A stretch of DNA of 64,000 bases from an uncultured bacterium (GTDB lineage Bacteria > CSSED10-310 > CALFER01). Below are positions 18,744 through 27,510 of this stretch, in pieces. The position numbers were made by a program, and so were the translations under genes. The stretch covers positions 13,662-77,661 of the forward strand of contig CAYYMM010000003.1 in assembly GCA_964472395.1 (NCBI GenBank), in the 5' to 3' direction. The notes beneath the pieces are model-generated. The model saw only the letters and a program-made list of their open reading frames with translations, was not told where the DNA came from and searched no databases. Position 1 is the first letter of the stretch. The number at the start of each line of letters is the position of its first letter.

Positions 18744-20128
18744 GCGCCGGCTCCGTTTCCTGCCGCCCCCGCCGCCGGATCGACAACCGCCACCTCATCC
18801 GATTCACGCACCCCCTCATCCACGACCGTCCGCCGGGCCGTCCGAGCACCGCTCACAATCGGTTTCCGTCTGAAGGAATCCCCGCGCCGCACGAAGACAT
18901 ATTCGACACCCGCATCCCGGAACACCGCGGATGAGGGGATCACGAGTGCCTGTTCGAGCGTTCGCGTGACCAGCGTGACCTCGACGCCCATCCCCTGGCG
19001 GAAGCGGGGGTCGGTTGCTTCGAGCGCGAGAACCAGTTCGAAGACCTTGCCGGCATCCGAAACCGATGCGGAGGAGTAATCGGTGCCTCTGGATTGGGCG
19101 CGCGGCACGGCGAGTGAGGCGATGCGGTCGACGCGGGCCGGCAGTTCGAGACCGTCGAGAGCGCTGACACGAACGATCGCCGGCTGTCCGACGGAGACAT
19201 GCCGGTAATCCGATTCGGCGACCTGCGTGACCACCTCCATTTCGCTGAGATCCGGGATTTCGCACACCTGAACCCCCTCCCAGATCTGATCGCCGACCTT
19301 GAACTTCTGCTTCTGCCAGCTCATCCCATGGACCACGATGCCGTCGATCGGGGCACGCAGGATCGCCTTTTCGAGCATTCCGCGGTAAGACTCGAGACTC
19401 CGGGAGGATTGTTCGAATTCAGCCGTCGCAATCGCGATCGACCGCTGGATCATCGCATGGTTCGCCTCGTATTCGACGTCGGATTTTTCCGCCGCGATCC
19501 GCGCCGATTCTTCGCTCAGAAGCCGCGATTCGAGCGTTTCCCGCGCGCGGAGCAGTTCATCTTCCGGTATGAGCCGCCGGCTGAAGCGGTCTTCGAGCCG
19601 GGAAACCTCGAGTTCCGCCTGCTGCCGGACGAGCGTGCTGTGTTCCAGATTCGCACGCATTTCCTTGCGGGTCTGCGCATACTGCGCTTCGGATTCCCTG
19701 AGATTTTCGATCTGGCGGTTGAGTTGCGCCCGGCGTTTCTTGACGTTGATCTCCTCACTCTGAATGTTCTGCGTGAGTTCCTTGTCGTCGAGCCACACGA
19801 CGGGATCCCCTGCCTTCACCATTTCGCCTTCGGGGTGCATCTTGACGATCCGCCCCCCGAATTCGCTCGTGATCCCCCGCGACCGTTTCGCCCGCAGCAG
19901 TCCGACGTCTTCGGGGCCTTCGATGAAGTCCGTCCGGACGACCGAGACCACCCGGGCCGTTTTCAGAAAGTCCGGGAGCGGTTCCTGGGCGCCGCAGCCG
20001 ATGAGCAGGGCCGCGCACCCGACCCACAACGCAGGGAGCACTCCAGCGTGAAGCCACCGGCGGGGCGAGGGGCTGCGTTCAGCGTCCCGTCGAGGCTCGT
20101 TCGATTGGATCCGCAAGATAGACCTCAT
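18740..20128 (-). CDS. HlyD/MacA-family periplasmic adaptor (membrane fusion protein) 2
   Basis: N-terminal TM anchor, long coiled-coil (QIENLRESEAQYAQTRKEMRANLE...), beta-barrel/lipoyl segments. Start chosen at MRSIL to limit overlap with the upstream gene; start uncertain. Confidence 0.65.
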   Translation of the reverse strand: MRSILRIQSNEPRRDAERSPSPRRWLHAGVLPALWVGCAALLIGCGAQEPLPDFLKTARVVSVVRTDFIEGPEDVGLLRAKRSRGITSEFGGRIVKMHPEGEMVKAGDPVVWLDDKELTQNIQSEEINVKKRRAQLNRQIENLRESEAQYAQTRKEMRANLEHSTLVRQQAELEVSRLEDRFSRRLIPEDELLRARETLESRLLSEESARIAAEKSDVEYEANHAMIQRSIAIATAEFEQSSRSLESYRGMLEKAILRAPIDGIVVHGMSWQKQKFKVGDQIWEGVQVCEIPDLSEMEVVTQVAESDYRHVSVGQPAIVRVSALDGLELPARVDRIASLAVPRAQSRGTDYSSASVSDAGKVFELVLALEATDPRFRQGMGVEVTLVTRTLEQALVIPSSAVFRDAGVEYVFVRRGDSFRRKPIVSGARTARRTVVDEGVRESDEVAVVDPAAGAAGNGAGA

Positions 20129-21380
20129 CGCCTTCCGCCAGCCCTTTTTCGATGACCATGCTGTGCTGATTCGCCTGCCCGGCCGTGACGACACGCTTCG
20201 ATGGTCCGGTCAGCCCTGCCAGATACACGAACGCACCGGTCTCGTCCCGGAATACACTTTCGATCGGCACGGTCACGACATCCGCGAGATCGGCAATCAC
20301 GATGTCGACTGCCGCCGTCATGCCGGGCCGCAGTTCATCGGGTTTCGCATCGAGCGCCACGATGACCTCGAACACCTTGCGCCCCGACGACGCCCCTCCG
20401 GCATCCATGTCCAGTTGCGCGTTGTCACGGGCCATGTTGGAGATGCGGGCGACCGTTCCATGGATCTCGAGATCCGGAAAGGCGTCGATATGAATGTCGG
20501 CGCGCATCCCGGTCGAAACTTTCGCGATATCGATTTCGTCGATCAGAGTGAGCAGCTCCAGCGCCGACAGGTCGGGGATCTGCAGGATGGGCTGCCAGGG
20601 TCCGACCTGATCGCCGACCTGCACGAGTCCCTGATTGCCGCCTTTCCAGACCTTGTTATAGAGCACCATGCCGTTGGCGGGCGCACGAATGATCGCTTTC
20701 TCGAGACGCTCGGAGGCACGCTGGAATTCCGCCTCGGCTTTCTCGACGTCCACCCGGCTCGATTCGACATCCGCCTGCTTCATGCCGCGCTGGGACACCT
20801 CGGAATCTTTCGCCTTCTGCAGAGCGATCTCGGCGTTGCTCACCTGCAGCTTCTGACTCAGCACGTCGAGTTCGGCTTCTTCGAGCGCTTTTTGTGGTGA
20901 GAGATTCGCGGCGACCAGTCGCCGGGTCTTGTCGCGCTTCGATTCGCTGTTGAGGAGCTGTTTGCGCTGGTACTCGAGCGACGACTCGGCCTCGATCACG
21001 GCATACCGCGTCGTTTTCGCCGACAGCCCGGCTTCCTCGATGGACCGCTGCAGCTTGCTCCGCGAGATCCCGAGTTCGACGCGTTTGGACTCAAGTTCCT
21101 TCTCGGCTTCATCCGTTTCCATCCAGGCAACCGGCGTGTCTTTCTCGACGAACGATCCTTCCGGAACCAGTCTGGCGAGTTTGCCCCAGGTATCCGGTGA
21201 GATACTCGTGCTGTTGACGGACCTGAGTTCCCCGAGTTGATGCAGGATCGAGACGAATCGGCCCTTCACGGCCTCCGCTGTCGGCGCATCCACCCCACCT
21301 CCCAGACGGCAGACTCGGAGCGTTCCGATGACCGCGAGTATGACGCCGATCAGCATGGCCCAGCGGATGAGGCGTGTCAT
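20079..21380 (-). CDS. HlyD-family periplasmic adaptor (membrane fusion protein) 1
   Basis: TM anchor MLIGVILAVIGTL, coiled-coil, C-terminal beta-barrel. 4-nt overlap with the upstream TolC-like gene. Confidence 0.75.
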   Translation of the reverse strand: MTRLIRWAMLIGVILAVIGTLRVCRLGGGVDAPTAEAVKGRFVSILHQLGELRSVNSTSISPDTWGKLARLVPEGSFVEKDTPVAWMETDEAEKELESKRVELGISRSKLQRSIEEAGLSAKTTRYAVIEAESSLEYQRKQLLNSESKRDKTRRLVAANLSPQKALEEAELDVLSQKLQVSNAEIALQKAKDSEVSQRGMKQADVESSRVDVEKAEAEFQRASERLEKAIIRAPANGMVLYNKVWKGGNQGLVQVGDQVGPWQPILQIPDLSALELLTLIDEIDIAKVSTGMRADIHIDAFPDLEIHGTVARISNMARDNAQLDMDAGGASSGRKVFEVIVALDAKPDELRPGMTAAVDIVIADLADVVTVPIESVFRDETGAFVYLAGLTGPSKRVVTAGQANQHSMVIEKGLAEGDEVYLADPIERASTGR

Positions 21381-22867
21381 TCCGTGACTCCGTCGGAGGC
21401 TTCGTCCGTAAATCGGATTTTGGAGGCGTCGATGGGTCGGCCCAGCGCCACGAGAATTTCCGCTTTGGCGCTGACGAACTCCATGATCGCGCCGATATAC
21501 TCATTCTGCTGCGCCAGCAGGTCGTCCTGGGAGGTGATCAGATCCGTACTCCGGATGATGCCCTCGCTGTAGCTCTGATTCGACAGATCGAGTGCATATT
21601 CGGCCAGTTCGACGGATTTCCGTGTCACATCGATGGTTCGTTTGAGCGTTTCGTAGCGGCGGATCGCCCGTTTGACCTCATCAGTGATCGCGCGTGTCAT
21701 CGTGTCGATCTCGTTGCGCAGAATCATGCAGCGGAACTGAGCCTGCCTCAGGGCTTCGCGCGGCGCGGCATCACCGAACGTCCACCGGAAATCGATCTCC
21801 ATCGCATAGGTTCTGGGATAATCATCGACCATGCCGTCCCAATCGTCGCCATCCTGACGGGATCGCGCTTCGAGAGTCAAATCAAGGCCGGGCAGACGCT
21901 GATTCCAGGCGACCGACACATCGAGTTCAGCGCCTGCGAGATCATTTCGGAGCGATTGGATATCAAGGCGGTTCCGGAGTGCCTCGGCAACCGCTGCATC
22001 GAGTTCAATCGTTTCAGGCTCGAAGTCGACCGTTTCGTCGAGTGTCACGACGGTGTCGGGGGGCAGGAACAGGAGACTGCGGAGTGCATCGAGCGCATCA
22101 TCGGCGGATTGAAGGGTGTTCAGAAGCGAAGTCTGCTGGCGCAGCAACTGGATCTCGGCCTGCGACACATCGATCCGGGCCACCAACCCCTCTTCATAGC
22201 GGATCCGGGTGTGTTCGAGGTGCGTTTCGGCTTCGGCGAGGCCACGCCGGGAAACGTCGACCAGGCGTGCGGCCCGGGCGGCACCGTAATAGGCCTCGAT
22301 GACGGTGAGGATCAGGCGGTTCCGGGTCAGACCGAACGCGTGTTCCGCATTGGCACGACTGAGTTCGGCCCGCACGAGAGGCGCTCGGGACACGGGACTC
22401 CAGGCGTTTCGAAGGAGTGGCTGCATGAGGCGGAGGCCGTAGGTATGCGATGTCGATGTCGTATCGGTCGATGGTTCAATGCCGGCCTGGTAGCGTGTCC
22501 GGTCGAGATCCGAAAAGGCGGAAATGGACGCGCCGGTCCAAGGGATCGATTGCGACAGCTCGATCGAGGAATAGTCGACCGAGTGGCGTTCCGTGGGTGC
22601 ATCGGAGGTTTCTGTATCGTTCTGAAGTTGCTCACCGCCGCTCAGGTTGAGGCGCGGAGTAAAAAGATCGCGAGTCGCTCGCGAGGCGGAATCGGCGATA
22701 TCGAGAGAGGCCCGGGCGGAGCGAAAGGACGGGTTGTGTTCGATGGCGAGATCGACGGCGGCGGGAAGCGTGAGTGCGAGGGTTCGGGGTGCGGGTGGCG
22801 GTGTCTGGGATGAGGCGACGGAGAGTGTCAGGAAAAATGCGAGTGCGGCGAGGCAGCGGTGTTTCAT
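21377..22867 (-). CDS. TolC-like outer-membrane efflux protein
   Basis: Signal peptide MKHRCLAALAFFLTLSVASS; two repeated alpha-helical/beta-barrel halves typical of the OEP family; first gene of the efflux operon. Confidence 0.75.
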   Translation of the reverse strand: MKHRCLAALAFFLTLSVASSQTPPPAPRTLALTLPAAVDLAIEHNPSFRSARASLDIADSASRATRDLFTPRLNLSGGEQLQNDTETSDAPTERHSVDYSSIELSQSIPWTGASISAFSDLDRTRYQAGIEPSTDTTSTSHTYGLRLMQPLLRNAWSPVSRAPLVRAELSRANAEHAFGLTRNRLILTVIEAYYGAARAARLVDVSRRGLAEAETHLEHTRIRYEEGLVARIDVSQAEIQLLRQQTSLLNTLQSADDALDALRSLLFLPPDTVVTLDETVDFEPETIELDAAVAEALRNRLDIQSLRNDLAGAELDVSVAWNQRLPGLDLTLEARSRQDGDDWDGMVDDYPRTYAMEIDFRWTFGDAAPREALRQAQFRCMILRNEIDTMTRAITDEVKRAIRRYETLKRTIDVTRKSVELAEYALDLSNQSYSEGIIRSTDLITSQDDLLAQQNEYIGAIMEFVSAKAEILVALGRPIDASKIRFTDEASDGVTE

Positions 22868-22983
22868 AATGGCGGCATTGTAGTATGGGATGAGGCGGTG
22901 TGCAACCGCGGATTGGGTAGCGCCGGCGTCCCTGCCGGCGAAGCAGGTTGACAATGAACAGAGAATTCCCGACAGTCAGAATC

Positions 22984-25353
22984 ATGAAAATGATGCTTCT
23001 GATCGGTTTGATGCTGCTGACCGCGACCGGCTTCGCCGTGAACCCCGAGGACATGGAGCCGAACAAGTGGTACGACCTGTTACCCGAAGGCTACCGGGTG
23101 ATTAACCTGATCGCCGATCCAATTCTGTTCGGTCATTTTTACGGATTGACCGATGAGTATTACAGCATTCCGGTAAAAAGCACCGATGAAGGAAGAACGT
23201 GGACAGCAAAGACGACTGGCATCGATCCGGAGCATCTGGAGTTCCAGGGTTGGTTGAGATCCTATCGAAATGGTTCTGACTACATTCAATATCTGAGCCT
23301 TAGTAATGGGCATATCTGTGAAGGCAACGATTCAACGTTTCTTTATAAAAGCACGAACCGCGGTGAATCATGGGATAGGATCGCGTCTTATTGCTCATAT
23401 AAATTTTTCTATGTGTCTTCTTCGGACGGGGCGCTGTATACACTATCTAAGGGTCAAGGTCTAACTCATATTCTTCGAAGCACAGACGAAGGCAAACATT
23501 GGGATACTGTCAGCGACGGACTGTCGATGGTGCTCGATATGATGAATTCCCCGATTGATTCGAACATTTTGTTTGCATCGATTGATGATTCCAACACCCT
23601 GATCTATTGGAGCCAGGACAATGGGTTGTCCTGGAGTCAGTATCCCAATGCGCAAGGCATCTCCTGGCGGCTAAATCAGGTTGTTCTTCATCCGAAGGAT
23701 CCCAATACAATCGTCGCAGTCAAATGGTATCCGTATGACTCGAATTACCCGATGAAGATCACGCGAAATGGTGGAGCGACCTGGGAGGATTTCGGTCCGA
23801 GGTACAGTAAATATGAAGGCAATCAGATGGCGTACGGGCTGCACATTGACCCGGATAACCCTGATATCATGATTGCGACCGGGCTAAGTTGCAATTCAAT
23901 GTATCGCACGACAGATGCAGGAAACACATGGACAACAATTCTCAAAGGTGCATTTTGGAACAGTGCGAGTGCTCGAATGGTTGGATTCATTTCCTCTCCT
24001 TGGAGCAGCGATACACTCTATTTGAATATCCGTTCTCTTCTGAAGTCATGTGACGATGGTTTGACATGGTCGGCGATGTCGGCATTTCGCTCTGACCCAA
24101 ACATGTTAGGCTGGGTAAGTAAACATCACTCAGGATTGGTGTTTTGTTTTAGTAATGTGATTGGTTTTTTCAGATCCACAGATTACGGGAACACCTGGAA
24201 ATCACAGAGCTATCCTGATCTTTTTGTTACCCCGAACACGGAGACTGTCACTGAATCAAGTCTGGCACATGTCATCTATTATCTTCGCGGCGGATTATGC
24301 TCAGAATCGATGAGATATGTGTATCCGCTCCGCTGTAGCTACGATGCCGGATTGACCTGGGAAGAGAAGCAGCCAATACTATCGGGACGGCTGGTTTATG
24401 TGACTGCATCGGCCAATCTGGATCGTCGGCTTTTTGGAGTCGTCGATAATCGACAACAGACGGAAGAAGAGTACAGAAGCTGGTTGGCGATCAGTGACGA
24501 TGGTGGAGACACATTTCGCGAGATTCAGATGGTTGGTTCAACACGAGTGTGCGATATCATCGACATTCCTGGTCGACCTAACACGTGGATCGTCCTGGGT
24601 GCAGACATCGAGCATTCTGGTATCTTGTATAAAACTGACGATGATGGCTCAACGTGGGCTGTGATCTCCACTAGTTCAGGATTCACTGCCAATGATAAAC
24701 AGATTTACAACGATTTCGAAGGAGATCTTGGATCTTTAAAACTCGATCCGACAAACTCCGATATTCTATATGTTTTATTCGATGGCTTGTGGAAGAGCGA
24801 AAACAGAGGGTTTAACTGGGTAAAATTGTCGAGTTTCCCAGTGTTTTCGAGAAAGTGCTTTTTTCACATCGATCCTGCGGATACACGTTGTTTGTATCTT
24901 TCGGAGTATGGTCGATCGATTAGAAGCGCAGATGGCGGAAAGACATGGTCCACAGATTCATGGCCGGAGAATATTGGCCTCTCTGGTACAGACCCAGGGG
25001 TAGTGTATGACACGGGTCGGATGCGGAAAATGAGGATTTCTACACAAGCGCCTAAGACGCTGATGGGTGGATATGGTTCCACAAATCTGATTTCATCCGA
25101 ATCCGGAGAATTGGCATTGTTGGCATTCGGGAGTGAATCAGATCTGAACGATCATGTGACGAAGTTTGAATTGTTTTACCAGAGCAACCCTGTAGGCTAC
25201 AGCTTTTCCGACGAGTATCCGGAAGGATCCGGCTTGTTCTACGAAGTGATTCCGGCATATGTCGAGGAACCGGGGTGTCATCTGTTCGAAATGCGAGCGA
25301 TGGATCGCTTCGGAGAACTCAGCCATTCCTGGCCCTATCTTTCCGTCAGGTAA
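22984..25353 (+). CDS. Secreted BNR/Asp-box repeat protein (double beta-propeller; sortilin/Vps10- or GH74-like)
   Basis: Signal peptide MKMMLLIGLMLLTATGFA. At least 12 Asp-box motifs of the form SxDxGxTW (STDEGRTW, STNRGESW, STDEGKHW, SQDNGLSW, TRNGGATW, TTDAGNTW, STDYGNTW, SDDGGDTF, TDDDGSTW, SADGGKTW). Confidence 0.75.
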   Translation: MKMMLLIGLMLLTATGFAVNPEDMEPNKWYDLLPEGYRVINLIADPILFGHFYGLTDEYYSIPVKSTDEGRTWTAKTTGIDPEHLEFQGWLRSYRNGSDYIQYLSLSNGHICEGNDSTFLYKSTNRGESWDRIASYCSYKFFYVSSSDGALYTLSKGQGLTHILRSTDEGKHWDTVSDGLSMVLDMMNSPIDSNILFASIDDSNTLIYWSQDNGLSWSQYPNAQGISWRLNQVVLHPKDPNTIVAVKWYPYDSNYPMKITRNGGATWEDFGPRYSKYEGNQMAYGLHIDPDNPDIMIATGLSCNSMYRTTDAGNTWTTILKGAFWNSASARMVGFISSPWSSDTLYLNIRSLLKSCDDGLTWSAMSAFRSDPNMLGWVSKHHSGLVFCFSNVIGFFRSTDYGNTWKSQSYPDLFVTPNTETVTESSLAHVIYYLRGGLCSESMRYVYPLRCSYDAGLTWEEKQPILSGRLVYVTASANLDRRLFGVVDNRQQTEEEYRSWLAISDDGGDTFREIQMVGSTRVCDIIDIPGRPNTWIVLGADIEHSGILYKTDDDGSTWAVISTSSGFTANDKQIYNDFEGDLGSLKLDPTNSDILYVLFDGLWKSENRGFNWVKLSSFPVFSRKCFFHIDPADTRCLYLSEYGRSIRSADGGKTWSTDSWPENIGLSGTDPGVVYDTGRMRKMRISTQAPKTLMGGYGSTNLISSESGELALLAFGSESDLNDHVTKFELFYQSNPVGYSFSDEYPEGSGLFYEVIPAYVEEPGCHLFEMRAMDRFGELSHSWPYLSVR

Positions 25354-25439
25354 CCGACCGCAACGCCTCCGTTCGGAGACTCGGCGGGGATGAATCGAGA
25401 TTCATGTCGAAAACCGGCAGGATGTTTCGATGGAGTGAG

Positions 25440-26447
25440 ATGCACCTGATGCACGACATATTCACCCGATCCGACAGACTGATCATGATGAGAATCACAC
25501 CGGATGACCTGTCCTTCGGTCTGGAAATCCTCTGTGATGAATCGAGTATGCACTACCTCGGTGGAGCCTGGACGACCGATATCGCAACGGAAACGATGAC
25601 GGAATGGCAGGAATCCTGGGGGCGTGATAACTACTACTATGGCATCCTCAGGAGAATCCCGGATGGAATGGTAGTCGGCATCGCCGGGTTATCAGAAAAC
25701 ACAAATCCGCTCGATCCAGGCATCGAGATTGCCTGGTTTATCCGAAAAGAACATCAGAACAACGGATACGCGACTGAAATCTGTCGATCGATGCTCAGCA
25801 CGATTTTCGTTAACATGCAGAAAGACCGGGTATTCGCAGAAGTCGCTCCGGAAAACGAAGCTGCCAAAAATGTCCTGAGAAAATCCGGATTCAGGGAAAC
25901 TGGCGAGCGCAAGCAGAGGATTGACTATCTGCCGGAAATGCTGATTCAGTCTGTCTGGGAAATCACAAAGCAACACTGGATGGAGATCACCATGGCGAAC
26001 GAACCGATCCCCGCGGAACTCGAGAATCTTCTGGACAATCTGCCCGATGATCGTAAAGTCATCGTTCGTCGGCTGTATCGAATCATCCTCAGGAACCTGC
26101 CTCCAGGGTTCGAACCAACCATTCAATACAAAATGATCGCATTCGTCGTCCCGAAAACACGTTATCCTTCAGGGTATCATGCCGATCCTTCGCAACCGCT
26201 GCCGTTCATCAGCATCGCATCTCAGAAATCCCACATCGCTATCTACCATATGGGAATCTACACCGACGACGCACTCCTCCGATGGTTCTCCGATGAACTC
26301 ATCCGGAGAAAAATCCGCGTGGATATCGGCAAGAGCTGTATCCGGTTCAATCCCACCAAAGAGATCCCTTACGAGCTGATCGGCGAACTCTGCAGCAGAA
26401 TCAGCCCGGACCAGTGGATTCAACGCTACGAAAACAACCGGAAGTAA
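25440..26447 (+). CDS. GNAT N-acetyltransferase fused in-frame to a DUF1801 (YdhG-like) domain
   Basis: GNAT core (RLIMMRITPDD...AWFIRKEHQNNGYATE...), then with no stop a DUF1801-like region (LPDDRKVIVRRLYRIILRNLP...IAFVVPKT...GKSCIRFNPTKEIPYELIGELC). Start is uncertain (25404, 25440 or 25449). Confidence 0.55.
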   Translation: MHLMHDIFTRSDRLIMMRITPDDLSFGLEILCDESSMHYLGGAWTTDIATETMTEWQESWGRDNYYYGILRRIPDGMVVGIAGLSENTNPLDPGIEIAWFIRKEHQNNGYATEICRSMLSTIFVNMQKDRVFAEVAPENEAAKNVLRKSGFRETGERKQRIDYLPEMLIQSVWEITKQHWMEITMANEPIPAELENLLDNLPDDRKVIVRRLYRIILRNLPPGFEPTIQYKMIAFVVPKTRYPSGYHADPSQPLPFISIASQKSHIAIYHMGIYTDDALLRWFSDELIRRKIRVDIGKSCIRFNPTKEIPYELIGELCSRISPDQWIQRYENNRK

Positions 26448-26502
26448 AAATTCATGCTCCCTGGTTTTCGCTGACCTTGACAAAAATGGATTGAGGAACG
26501 TC

Positions 26503-27510
26503 CTAGGACTTTATCAGCCCCATGATCTGCTTCATATCCAGCGTTTTCGATTTCGCCTGAATATCACTCATGTGCAGCGACTGCAGACTCTTCCCCTTCT
26601 GCAGCATCGACGCGAACACGGCCTTGAGCTGATTGCCGTCAATCTTCCGTCCGCCCGCATAATACTGCTTGGCGACATTCCCGAGCGCATACGTCGTCGC
26701 AAACGACACCGACGATCCGACCGCCGCGCTCCCCAGGCCTCCCAGCAGCCCGCCGCCCACGGTCCTCAGCAGCCCGCCGAACAGCTTCCTCCCCATCTGC
26801 TCGATGTACTGCCCGGTCAAACCGATCCCGAGCGTCGCCGCGAAATCCTTGATGTGCCCACGGTCCAACTCGTAATTGAACGCCTTGCCGATCTGATAGA
26901 CCATCTTCATCTGGAGGGGTAAAATGGCCATTGTCGCGAGCGACTGAGGCAGCAGTTCGAGAGCGCCACAGAGAATCGAATAATGAAGGATCGAGGCATC
27001 GAGCGGCGATCCCTCGACGGTTTCCGTCGCGGACTGCGGTGCCGTGATGGTCGGCGACGCGGTATCGATCGGTGCTTCGGCGATCGCCCGGGCGTCCTGC
27101 TCATACGCCTTCGATGCCTCGGCGTCCAACCCCATTGCACGCCGCAACTCCTCGACAAATTGCGCCTCCGGATCGCTCTGCGCGCCATCGGCGTTGCAGA
27201 TCCCGACCGCCATCTCGAAAACTGCCTGGCGCACGGCTTTCTCCGGAATATCCCCGACGATTTCGGCCAGCGTCCGCTTTTTCAACAGCGTTTCATGATA
27301 CAGATCCCGGATCTCCAGTTCGTTGGTTTCACCAAAAGTCGCCGTAATCCGACGGATTTCCGCCTGTTCGCGTTCATCGTTCACTCCGTCGGCCAACGCC
27401 GCCATGTAACAGATGCTCAGTATTGCACGTTCCTGTGGATTCATGATGCCTCCTTCCGCGTGTTCTTCGAAATCATATCGCAGTTCAGAGCCCCGCTCAA
27501 CGATCTTCAT
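26503..27510 (-). CDS. TerB-like (tellurite-resistance/co-chaperone fold) N-terminal domain protein with Gly-rich C-terminal region
   Basis: ERAILSICYMAALADGVNDEREQAEIRRI...PEAQFVEELRRAMGLD resembles the TerB fold. The C-terminal GGLLRTVGGGLLGGLGSAAVGSS part is uncharacterised. Confidence 0.5.
   Translation of the reverse strand: MKIVERGSELRYDFEEHAEGGIMNPQERAILSICYMAALADGVNDEREQAEIRRITATFGETNELEIRDLYHETLLKKRTLAEIVGDIPEKAVRQAVFEMAVGICNADGAQSDPEAQFVEELRRAMGLDAEASKAYEQDARAIAEAPIDTASPTITAPQSATETVEGSPLDASILHYSILCGALELLPQSLATMAILPLQMKMVYQIGKAFNYELDRGHIKDFAATLGIGLTGQYIEQMGRKLFGGLLRTVGGGLLGGLGSAAVGSSVSFATTYALGNVAKQYYAGGRKIDGNQLKAVFASMLQKGKSLQSLHMSDIQAKSKTLDMKQIMGLIKS

Noticed and set aside
19199-22813. 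Long plus-strand ORFs (19199..20155, 21374..22813, 21694..22302)
   Set aside because: They are antisense to the well-supported HlyD and TolC genes. They have no motifs.
22943-22977. TTGACA upstream of the BNR gene as a promoter
   Set aside because: The best -10-like hexamer is 23 nt away, which is the wrong spacing. Not reported as a feature.
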